A stretch of 64,000 bases of DNA from a virus. A program made the position numbers and the translations under genes. Below, in pieces: positions 1-6,539 of this stretch; positions within the stretch are counted from its first letter, which is position 1; each line of letters begins with the position of its first letter. The DNA is taken from positions 59,963 through 123,962 of IMG/VR virus record IMGVR_UViG_3300028393_000001; one strand, written 5' to 3'. The notes beneath the pieces are model-generated. The model was given only the letters and a program-made list of their open reading frames with translations, did not search any database and was not told where the DNA came from.

Positions 1-2
1 AA

Positions 3-356
3 AATTTTCCTCAATATCATGCTTTCCTAGATAATTATTATAATGATGTTTATGGTACAATTGATCAAGTTGCCGAATATATTCGTGCCCTAGATAGTTA
101 TACACCAGCAAGTTTAAAGCGTTTTCAAGAGTTAACTTTTATTCAAGATCAAACTATGCAACAACCCCCTATGGGAATGTTTCAAGAATTGTTCAATGAT
201 AATGCAACAATGTTAAAGTTTTTAACTGATACGTTTGATGTAGCTACTGCGGAAAGACAGCAAGGAATTGCTAATTTTATTGCTGAAAGAATTGACGCGC
301 ATCAGAAACATCAGTGGATGATTCGCAGTATTTTAAAGAGCGTAGCTTCTCTATAA
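3..356 (+). CDS. dps: Dps/ferritin-like DNA-protecting protein (5' truncated by window)
   Basis: Frame is open from base 3: NFPQYHAFLDNYYNDVYGTIDQVAEYIRAL...HQKHQWMIRS, with Dps ferroxidase-type H, D..AE motifs. Confidence 0.85.
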   Translation, partial: NFPQYHAFLDNYYNDVYGTIDQVAEYIRALDSYTPASLKRFQELTFIQDQTMQQPPMGMFQELFNDNATMLKFLTDTFDVATAERQQGIANFIAERIDAHQKHQWMIRSILKSVASL

Positions 357-367
357 AAAGCTAAAAC

Positions 368-441
368 GGGCTTATAGTTAAACGGTATAACGGTAGCTTT
401 GCAAGCTTCAATTCGGAGTTCGATTCTCCGTTGGTCCACCA
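368..441 (+). tRNA. tRNA-Ala(TGC)
   Basis: GGGCTTA/TTGGTCC acceptor with G3:U70, loop TT-TGC-AA, GTTCGATTC T-arm, ACCA end. Confidence 0.9.
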
Positions 442-463
442 CTTACACACACAAGGACATAAT

Positions 464-691
464 ATGTTTTCACTAGATTTTTACATTGACTCTTTTCAAT
501 CAACAAAAAGAGCTTTAACCAATCAGGTCTTTACTGACCCTAAACTGAACAAGGCTGCAAATAAATTTATTGACGCACAAACTCAGTTTGCAAAAATGCT
601 TGCACAAAATACAGTAGATATGCTAAAGTATTCCGCCGACGCTGTTACTAACAAAGCATTTCCAAAGGCGACCAAAAATGACACCGTTTGA
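464..691 (+). CDS. hypothetical helical protein, possibly phasin-like
   Basis: ATG at 464 after AAGGA; amphipathic helical A/Q/K-rich sequence. Confidence 0.55.
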   Translation: MFSLDFYIDSFQSTKRALTNQVFTDPKLNKAANKFIDAQTQFAKMLAQNTVDMLKYSADAVTNKAFPKATKNDTV

Positions 692-902
692 AATTCGTGC
701 AGACCTGCTTAAACTAGCAGCAGATCACCTAGAAAAACAGTTTACAGCAAATGTAAAGTTTGCAACAGAATATAACAAGGCTATGTTCCAAGCAGGAACT
801 GCTGCTGCTACTGAAGCCTTAGTTAAAATGCCTACATACTTTACATCTGAAGATGTAATTAAAAAGGCAACAGAATTTTATAGTTTTGTTCAAACAAAAT
901 GA
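678..902 (+). CDS. hypothetical phage protein (MTPFEIR..LL.LA type)
   Basis: ORF track; overlaps neighbours in operon fashion. Confidence 0.7.
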   Translation: MTPFEIRADLLKLAADHLEKQFTANVKFATEYNKAMFQAGTAAATEALVKMPTYFTSEDVIKKATEFYSFVQTK

Positions 903-1042
903 AGTTATTTAAGTGCTTAAAACAATTCTTTGAGCCTAAAAATCCAATGCAAGATTTCATTGAGCGTCATAATCCTCAATCGGTTTATGATGTAGAACGA
1001 TTGCAAAAAGAGTACGACAATCTTATATTTAAACTTAAGTAA
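899..1042 (+). CDS. small hypothetical protein, 47 aa
   Basis: ATGA overlap with previous stop; MKLFKCLKQFFEPKNPMQDFIERHNPQSVYDVERLQKEYD... Confidence 0.6.
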   Translation: MKLFKCLKQFFEPKNPMQDFIERHNPQSVYDVERLQKEYDNLIFKLK

Positions 1043-1043
1043 T

Positions 1044-1241
1044 ATGCCCCTAGTAATTAAAGACCGTAAAGTAGTTTATCAGAAGCCAACTGTGGATGAA
1101 ATGCCTAAGATTGGTAAATATGTTAGCCTGAATCCAATCTTTCAAATGCATCGGGCACACGCTCATATTAGAAATCTATCAGAATCTATGAGTGTACTAC
1201 AACGTAGTTTAATTCCTGGTGCATTAGAGCAATTAAAATAA
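1044..1241 (+). CDS. hypothetical protein
   Basis: ORF directly follows the previous stop. Confidence 0.55.
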   Translation: MPLVIKDRKVVYQKPTVDEMPKIGKYVSLNPIFQMHRAHAHIRNLSESMSVLQRSLIPGALEQLK

Positions 1242-1242
1242 T

Positions 1243-1318
1243 TCCCTAGTAGCACAGCGGTAGTTGCACTTGACTGTTAATCAAGTTGTCCGTGGTTCGA
1301 TCCCACGCTGGGGAGCCA
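1243..1318 (+). tRNA. tRNA-Asn(GTT)
   Basis: TCCCTAG/CTGGGGA acceptor, CT-GTT-AA loop, GCCA end. Confidence 0.92.
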
Positions 1319-1368
1319 TAAAATAGGCCTAAACAGGCTAGTCCAGGTGCAAGTCCTGGAATTTGTAC

Positions 1369-1397
1369 TTGAATTTTCCTTAAAAATCAATTAAAAT
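1369..1397 (+). promoter_or_regulatory. sigma70-type promoter
   Basis: TTGAAT-17nt-TAAAAT upstream of the 1420 ORF. Confidence 0.6.
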
Positions 1398-1419
1398 AAT
1401 CCTTTAACTAGGAACACTT

Positions 1420-1884
1420 ATGATTAAACTAAACGACTTTTTAAACATTACCGAATATGAAACTGGACACCTTGAGGTTGTCCATCAACAAGACGTATAT
1501 GGCAAAACTGCTATTAGTCTTGAAGTCTATGGCTTTGAATTTAATAAACTAATATGCGTATATGATATAGTATCGCAAGAAGTCCTAGAAATCATAGCCA
1601 AAGACGATGCTGCTGGTAAAAGTTATGTGTGGCAAACTTCAGACATTAAAGGTTTAGGCAACTATCGCGACTACCTAATTGAGCTAGAAGCAGAAGAAGA
1701 TATTTTAGAAAAAGCTGAAGCTATTTTCTTTAATAAGCCTTATGATTCACGAATAGTTGTTCCTATTGATATTAAAGACGAAGACTTCCTCTTATACGCA
1801 AAAGCTGCACATAAACTAGACATTACTATTAATGAGTTTATGGAACAAGCCATTCAGGAAATGGTAGAAAAATATAAAGGATAA
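1420..1884 (+). CDS. hypothetical protein with C-terminal ribbon-helix-helix-like segment
   Basis: AGGA SD; C-terminal VPIDIKDEDFLLYAKAAHKLDITINEFMEQAI. Confidence 0.65.
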   Translation: MIKLNDFLNITEYETGHLEVVHQQDVYGKTAISLEVYGFEFNKLICVYDIVSQEVLEIIAKDDAAGKSYVWQTSDIKGLGNYRDYLIELEAEEDILEKAEAIFFNKPYDSRIVVPIDIKDEDFLLYAKAAHKLDITINEFMEQAIQEMVEKYKG

Positions 1885-1887
1885 CAT

Positions 1888-2085
1888 ATGAACGTAAACA
1901 GAGTTTCTCTTCAAAAGGAAGAAGTGTACCGCCAGTGGGAAATTAAAAAGTTAGACAAGCGGCACGAAGAACTTCGAATAGAAGAACAACGTGCTAAGTT
2001 AGATCTTATAGACAATGAGCAAGCAAGAGTTGAAATGAATCGTCGAATGAATCGTCCAGGACAAAATGTAGATAGGATGGCATAA
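1888..2085 (+). CDS. hypothetical charged helical protein
   Basis: ORF with AAGGA SD. Confidence 0.65.
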   Translation: MNVNRVSLQKEEVYRQWEIKKLDKRHEELRIEEQRAKLDLIDNEQARVEMNRRMNRPGQNVDRMA

Positions 2086-2306
2086 TGGCGAAACCTAAAC
2101 CAAAACGTAAACCCACGGGGGCTATCGACATTCAGCCAGAAGGTCCACACGTTCCGGCTATGCCTCCAGTACAAGGAAGTTCAATGATTAGTCCAGTAAG
2201 TCCCGTCGAGGCGGGTGGTGGAACGTATAACCGTCCACCGCCTAAGCCTCAACCTTCAAAACCAATGAAGACTCCTAAACCTAAACCTCCGATGCCTAAG
2301 GCTTAG
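2085..2306 (+). CDS. Pro/Lys-rich small basic protein
   Basis: TAATG coupling; KPKP and PPP runs. Confidence 0.6.
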   Translation: MAKPKPKRKPTGAIDIQPEGPHVPAMPPVQGSSMISPVSPVEAGGGTYNRPPPKPQPSKPMKTPKPKPPMPKA

Positions 2307-2307
2307 T

Positions 2308-2409
2308 ATGCCCAGTCCTCGTAGAACCAGTCAGATTTTAAAGGGGAAGAAGCCGCCTAAGCCCCGAAGCCTAAATGCAATGGCTAAAAGATCGGCGCGC
2401 AAAAAATAA
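2308..2409 (+). CDS. basic 33-aa peptide
   Basis: MPSPRRTSQILKGKKPPKPRSLNAMAKRSARKK*; fills the gap between the previous stop and tRNA-Ser. Confidence 0.45.
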   Translation: MPSPRRTSQILKGKKPPKPRSLNAMAKRSARKK

Positions 2410-2496
2410 GGAAGATGTGTTGCAAGGTGCAACAGAGGCTTGCTAAGCCTTCGTCTAGAAATAGGCCGATAGGTTCGATTCCTATATCTTCCGCCA
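2410..2496 (+). tRNA. tRNA-Ser(GCT)
   Basis: GGAAGAT/ATCTTCC acceptor, long variable arm, GCCA end. Confidence 0.9.
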
Positions 2497-2499
2497 CTT

Positions 2500-2574
2500 A
2501 GCCGTGTAGCTCAGAGGAAGAGCAAACGCTTGATAAGCGTTAGGTCGACATCTCGGAATTGTCCATGGCTACCA
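2500..2574 (+). tRNA. tRNA-Ile(GAT), non-canonical T-loop
   Basis: AGCCGTG/CATGGCT acceptor, AACGC-TTGATAA-GCGTT anticodon arm, T-loop CTCGGAA. Confidence 0.85.
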
Positions 2575-2598
2575 TAATTATCATTAGAAGGATATAAT

Positions 2599-2787
2599 AT
2601 GAAATACCAAAATTCAATGTGGGGCGATTACAGCCCTACTCCAGCGGTTGAACAGATCGGCGTGCAGATAGAAGCAGACAATCAACCTGAGATGGTTGTA
2701 ACAGCCCAACAAATGGCTACAGACCCCTCGTGTACTACAACAGAGGATATGATTGCAGCAATGGGTACAGTACCAGCACGCTCATAA
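2599..2787 (+). CDS. hypothetical acidic protein
   Basis: AAGGA SD, 62-aa ORF. Confidence 0.6.
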   Translation: MKYQNSMWGDYSPTPAVEQIGVQIEADNQPEMVVTAQQMATDPSCTTTEDMIAAMGTVPARS

Positions 2788-2801
2788 AGCTAATTTTAAG
2801 T

Positions 2802-2876
2802 GTCTCTCTAGTGTAATGGCAGCATCACAGATTCCAAATCTGTTAGGTCAGGGTTCGAGTCCTTGGGGGGATGCCA
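2802..2876 (+). tRNA. tRNA-Trp(CCA)
   Basis: ACAGA-TTCCAAA-TCTGT anticodon arm, GTTCGAGTC T-arm, GCCA end. Confidence 0.88.
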
Positions 2877-2896
2877 ACTTTTTAACAGGATATTTT

Positions 2897-3316
2897 ATGA
2901 AAAAATTTATTTCAATTGCCGTTATCTCTTTTGCTGGCGTTGTTAATGCCGGAGAAATTACAGCCTCCTACTTAACCGATAGCGGACGTGATGGATATGC
3001 CATTAGTACACAGGTCAAAGGCGTTACCCTTGGAGCCTCACACGTTGATCGTGTTTATGACCGCTTCTCAGTAGGTAAATCTTTTGATATTGCTAAAGTC
3101 GGACCACTACAACTAGCAGCAGGCGGAAGCGGAGTATATCAAAGTACTCTTGCTAAAAATGATAGTGGTTATGGCCTAGCAGCTCAGGTAACAGCAACTG
3201 CTGCGGTCAATAAAAACGTTGACGTAGTTGCTGGCGTACAGAAGTTCTGGGGACAGGACCGCGTGAGTGCTCAAAATGGTAACTCGGCTACTGTTGGAAT
3301 TAAAGTTAAGTTTTAA
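2897..3316 (+). CDS. small outer-membrane beta-barrel protein
   Basis: Start MKKFISIAV after AGGA; Sec signal ending VNA; alternating beta pattern; C-terminal VGIKVKF. Confidence 0.75.
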   Translation: MKKFISIAVISFAGVVNAGEITASYLTDSGRDGYAISTQVKGVTLGASHVDRVYDRFSVGKSFDIAKVGPLQLAAGGSGVYQSTLAKNDSGYGLAAQVTATAAVNKNVDVVAGVQKFWGQDRVSAQNGNSATVGIKVKF

Positions 3317-3319
3317 TTT

Positions 3320-3416
3320 AAATACACTACTTGCCACTTAATAAATATATGCGGAGACGTTCCGGACTGTGTCATTCCGCGGGTAACTGGGAGCACCCAG
3401 CATAGGTAGTGTGTTT
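3320..3416 (+). ncRNA. stem-bracketed structured RNA candidate
   Basis: AAATACACTACTT/AGGTAGTGTGTTT closing stem; internal GCGGA..TCCGC and CTGGG-AGCA-CCCAG helices. Confidence 0.5.
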
Positions 3417-3426
3417 TTTATTTTAT

Positions 3427-3715
3427 AGTTGTATGAAGTAGACAGAAAAGTGTCTTGGACGGGGGTGCGAATCCCCCCAGGTCCACCAGAAGTATATTCG
3501 ACCTCACACGCGGAGAGGTGAAATATAACAGAATATACTTCTGATGGGCCTGCATAGTTTCGACAGGGCAAAGAGTAGGAAAATGGACAACTCGGTAGGC
3601 GATGACCGTTAATCAAGCAAAACAAGTAAACGCAAACGACTCACAGTTCGCATTAGCAGCCTAAACACTGCTTAGGGTTTTGATAAGTTTTCCTCGTAAC
3701 AGAATAAACTTATCT
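3427..3715 (+). ncRNA. ssrA: circularly permuted two-piece tmRNA; tag ANDSQFALAA
   Basis: The acceptor 3' strand (T-arm, CAGGTCC-ACCA ending 3488) lies before the 5' strand (GGGCCTG..TTTCGAC from 3546) with G3:U70; tag ORF 3632-3664; outer ends approximate. Confidence 0.9.
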
Positions 3716-3722
3716 CAAATAC

Positions 3723-3798
3723 CGCAGAGTATGGAAGTGGTCATCCGTCTGGTCTCATAAGCCTGAAATCGTTGGTTCGAATCCAACCTCTGCATCCA
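3723..3798 (+). tRNA. tRNA-fMet(CAT), initiator-like
   Basis: C1:A72 mismatch, CT-CAT-AA loop, CCA end. Confidence 0.85.
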
Positions 3799-3816
3799 AT
3801 ACGAAAGGAAAATTGT

Positions 3817-4050
3817 ATGAAATTAAAATCTACTCCAGGTGCAATGGCAAATGCCAAGATACCTACATCCGTAAGCTACGGAGCAGATGCCCCCTCCTTA
3901 GATGCTGATATGGGTGTAGAGGATATTAGTCCTACAGGTACTGATATGGATGATATTCCACCAGGCAGTTTTGAGTTATTGACTCCAACAGTTAATAATA
4001 TTAAAATTACACACGAAGGTGATATGGGACGACTAAGTCCCCTAGAATAA
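3817..4050 (+). CDS. hypothetical protein
   Basis: ATG after AAGGA; the upstream start in the ORF track lies inside a tRNA. Confidence 0.65.
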   Translation: MKLKSTPGAMANAKIPTSVSYGADAPSLDADMGVEDISPTGTDMDDIPPGSFELLTPTVNNIKITHEGDMGRLSPLE

Positions 4051-4057
4051 AAGATGA

Positions 4058-4132
4058 GCGGGCATGGTGCTAGTGGTAACACATATCCTTGCCAAGGACA
4101 AGTTGCGAGTTCGATTCTCGCTGCCCGCTCCA
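4058..4132 (+). tRNA. tRNA-Gly(GCC)
   Basis: GCGGGCA/TGCCCGC acceptor, TCCA end. Confidence 0.92.
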
Positions 4133-4224
4133 TATATAAATATACTACTAAACCCGCTGAGTCAGGTTTAACTACTGGAGTTCTGAAAAGAAGGTGTCGT
4201 AAGAGTAGTATATTTATATATGGA
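4129..4224 (+). repeat. 21-bp perfect inverted repeat bracketing a 54-nt insert between tRNAs
   Basis: TCCATATATAAATATACTACT (4129-4149) / AGTAGTATATTTATATATGGA (4204-4224). Confidence 0.85.
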
Positions 4225-4313
4225 AGATAATGCAGCGGGGTTGGTCCTGCGACTGGCCTTGAAAACCAGGTTCTCTTAACAGGGATGGGGTTCGACTCCT
4301 CTGTCTTCCGCCA
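4222..4313 (+). tRNA. tRNA-Ser(TGA)
   Basis: GGAAGAT/GTCTTCC acceptor, CT-TGA-AA loop, long variable arm, GCCA. Confidence 0.9.
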
Positions 4314-4318
4314 ATATT

Positions 4319-4885
4319 ATGAAAAAAACAATATTATCACTATTTGATTACTCAGGTAATTGGCCTAGCCCTTATAAACGGGCAGGGTATGATGTGTATC
4401 AAGTTGACGTTAAACTAGGTATAGATATCTTAGAACTTCAACCCGAGGACATACCTGATAATGTCTATGGTATATTAGCTGCTCCTCCTTGTACAGATTT
4501 TGCAGGCTCAGGAGCACAGTACTGGAAAGCTAAAGACATAGACGGACGTACTGATAGTAGTCTAGCCCTAGTAGATAAAACATTAGAAATTATTTCTTGG
4601 TGTGACCCTAAATTTTGGGTGCTGGAAAATCCTGTAGGTAGACTAAGTAAACTTAGACCCAAACTAGGAGATCCCTGGTATTTTCAGCCTTGGCATTATG
4701 GTGATGCCTATACTAAGAAAACAGGGTTATGGGGTAATTTCAATAAAAGTTTAGTAAAACAGGAGGTAATTCCTGATCCTAATTCTTGGATAATGAAACT
4801 AGGTGGTAAATCGGAGAGAACAAAAGAATTACGCTCAATGACTCCTTTAGGATTTGCAGAGGCTTTCTTTAAAGCAAACCCATAA
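4319..4885 (+). CDS. short C5-cytosine methyltransferase (Dcm-like)
   Basis: ILSLFDYSG motif I variant, PPC catalytic motif, ENP motif VI, RSMTP..FA end. Confidence 0.8.
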   Translation: MKKTILSLFDYSGNWPSPYKRAGYDVYQVDVKLGIDILELQPEDIPDNVYGILAAPPCTDFAGSGAQYWKAKDIDGRTDSSLALVDKTLEIISWCDPKFWVLENPVGRLSKLRPKLGDPWYFQPWHYGDAYTKKTGLWGNFNKSLVKQEVIPDPNSWIMKLGGKSERTKELRSMTPLGFAEAFFKANP

Positions 4886-4893
4886 ATTTAGAT

Positions 4894-4922
4894 TTGAACT
4901 GTGAGTTAAAATTCTTTATAAT
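4894..4922 (+). promoter_or_regulatory. sigma70-type promoter
   Basis: TTGAAC-17-TATAAT; ATG 6 nt downstream. Confidence 0.7.
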
Positions 4923-4928
4923 ATCAGT

Positions 4929-5156
4929 ATGAAAAAGAAATTTAATATCCAATCTCTCTCGCCGCAAATGTCTACACCTAGAGTAACTCGCACGGATATT
5001 CCGAGCTTGTATACTCCTGGGGGTAACTGTACCCTAAAAGAAACACCTAAGTATACAGGCGACCAAATGATTGGTATTTCAATCATTCATAAGTCCTGCC
5101 TACAACCTATCTTTAGTCAACAAGAGGCTATTGATGCAGCAAGTATGCGACGTTAG
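4929..5156 (+). CDS. hypothetical protein
   Basis: ORF directly after promoter; KYTGD..IGI...HKS motif. Confidence 0.65.
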   Translation: MKKKFNIQSLSPQMSTPRVTRTDIPSLYTPGGNCTLKETPKYTGDQMIGISIIHKSCLQPIFSQQEAIDAASMRR

Positions 5157-5157
5157 T

Positions 5158-5439
5158 ATGGCTAAGTCGTTTGCAGAAATTAAAAAATCATTAGGCTTAC
5201 TAGACTTTATCCAGTTTGGTAAGTATCGTGGTTGTCGTGTAGACTCCATAGTTGCTATGGATGACGACTACCTTCGTTATATGCAAACACAAGGTATCAA
5301 GTTTGATGCTAGTGTAATGGATGCACTAACCAATAAGTTTTCAGCTGATTCTATAGAAGTAGGGTATGACCCTCGTGAAGTTCAAGAAGTAGATGAGCAT
5401 GGTTATGGCCCTATATATTTTGGCGACGTGCCTTGGTAA
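5158..5439 (+). CDS. FGKYxG-motif protein (exonuclease X C-terminal-like)
   Basis: IQFGKYRGCRVDSIVAMDDDYLRYM; ATG right after the previous stop. Confidence 0.65.
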   Translation: MAKSFAEIKKSLGLLDFIQFGKYRGCRVDSIVAMDDDYLRYMQTQGIKFDASVMDALTNKFSADSIEVGYDPREVQEVDEHGYGPIYFGDVPW

Positions 5440-5490
5440 ATTAATAATAAGGAGAGCTGTCATGACAAGTGACAAGAGTGACAAACTGCC

Positions 5491-5565
5491 GGGGGTATAA
5501 CTTAGCGGCTAAAGTAACTGGCTTTTAACCAGTAAATCAGGGTTCGATTCCCTGTGCCCCTACCA
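5491..5565 (+). tRNA. tRNA-Lys(TTT)
   Basis: ACTGG-CTTTTAA-CCAGT anticodon arm, ACCA. Confidence 0.92.
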
Positions 5566-5645
5566 TATAAAAATACACTGTCCTAGGCTGTGACCTAGTC
5601 CATCAGAAGTCCTCAGAGACAGAAGCAGTGTGTTTCTATATGGTA
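5561..5645 (+). repeat. 20-bp near-perfect inverted repeat bracketing a 45-nt insert between tRNAs
   Basis: TACCATATAAAAATACACTG / CAGTGTGTTTCTATATGGTA. Confidence 0.8.
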
Positions 5646-5716
5646 ATGTAGGACAATGGTAGTCCACCTCCTTCATACGGAGAATGCTAGTGGTTCGAGT
5701 CCACTCATTACCACCA
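5642..5716 (+). tRNA. tRNA-Met(CAT)
   Basis: GGTAATG/CATTACC acceptor, TT-CAT-AC loop, ACCA. Confidence 0.88.
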
Positions 5717-5722
5717 AGTTAT

Positions 5723-5795
5723 GTGTGAGAGCCAGATTAGTGATGGTGCTGATGTATTTCAGTGAAAGAGTGAGCGAACCCACTTCCACACACCA
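5723..5795 (+). ncRNA. degenerate tRNA-like element
   Basis: GTGTG/CACAC-ACCA acceptor, GCCA/TGGT D-arm, GCTGA/TCAGT arm with 6-nt loop, AGTG/CACT arm lacking TTC. Confidence 0.55.
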
Positions 5796-5798
5796 AGT

Positions 5799-6019
5799 TT
5801 TGTTAAAGTGTTAGCAAGAGAAATCACGCTGATTAGTATTCTTCGAAGGTACTAATCAGTAGAAAGTTGCGGGTTCGATTCCCGACTTATCGCCGTTTAC
5901 GGTGGAGGTATACAGGGGCGTATCAACTGGATGAATCCCAAGTAACGTACCGAGACCTTGCCGGCCTTGTATAATAAGGTGAATGGTTCCGATAATATGG
6001 GTGGAACTACTTTAACAAA
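5799..6019 (+). ncRNA. unknown ~220-nt multi-helix structured RNA
   Basis: Closing stem TTTGTTAAAGT/ACTTTAACAAA; internal CTGATTAGTA/TACTAATCAG, CGGG-TTCGATT-CCCG, TATACAGGG/CCTTGTATA and GTTCC/GGAAC helices. Confidence 0.65.
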
Positions 6020-6027
6020 TTAAATAC

Positions 6028-6101
6028 TGGGGGATAGTTAAACGGTATAACCGCGGATTTTGATTCCGCTATCCTAGGTTCGATTCCTAGTCCCTCTGCC
6101 A
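6028..6101 (+). tRNA. tRNA-Gln(TTG)
   Basis: GCGGA-TTTTGAT-TCCGC anticodon arm, GCCA. Confidence 0.9.
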
Positions 6102-6116
6102 CCTAAGTGTTTAGGC

Positions 6117-6190
6117 GTGGCCATGTTGTAACGGTTAGCAACAGAGATTGTGATTCTCTTAGTCTGGGTTCGATTCCCAGTGGTCACCCC
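6117..6190 (+). tRNA. tRNA-His(GTG)
   Basis: GTGGCCA/TGGTCAC acceptor, C73, TT-GTG-AT loop; no encoded G-1 and no full CCA. Confidence 0.88.
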
Positions 6191-6200
6191 TAAACACTTT

Positions 6201-6275
6201 CGGTCTTTAGTAAAATGGATATTACACAACGCTACGAACGTTGGAGTGGGAGTTCGATTCTCTCAGGATCGACCA
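6201..6275 (+). tRNA. tRNA-Arg(ACG)
   Basis: CAACG-CTACGAA-CGTTG anticodon arm, ACCA. Confidence 0.9.
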
Positions 6276-6281
6276 ATTAAT

Positions 6282-6355
6282 GCGGAGTTAGTTTAATGGT
6301 AAAACAGCAGATTTCCAATCTTCGGTCAAGGGTTCGATTCCCTTACCCCGCTCCA
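6282..6355 (+). tRNA. tRNA-Gly(TCC)
   Basis: GCGGAGT/ACCCCGC acceptor, TT-TCC-AA loop, TCCA. Confidence 0.9.
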
Positions 6356-6367
6356 GTCTAAAATACT

Positions 6368-6538
6368 ATGCTTAGTAAAAAAGAATTTCACGGCGACCAG
6401 TTCTATGCTTGGGCCGCCCAACAATATGAAGCTGCCCGAGTTTACTTAAAGAATTGTGGTAGACCCAAAGATGAATATGATCGTTGGCTTATTGAACAGG
6501 CCAAATTTGACGCAGTTCTCTTCAAAAGATTTATTTAA
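6368..6538 (+). CDS. small hypothetical protein, 56 aa
   Basis: MLSKKEFHGDQFYAWAAQQYEAARVYL... fills the inter-tRNA gap exactly. Confidence 0.55.
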   Translation: MLSKKEFHGDQFYAWAAQQYEAARVYLKNCGRPKDEYDRWLIEQAKFDAVLFKRFI

Positions 6539-6539
6539 T

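Noticed and set aside
3338-3625. Minus-strand 95-aa ORF
   Set aside because: Antisense to the tmRNA; the RNA explanation is much stronger.
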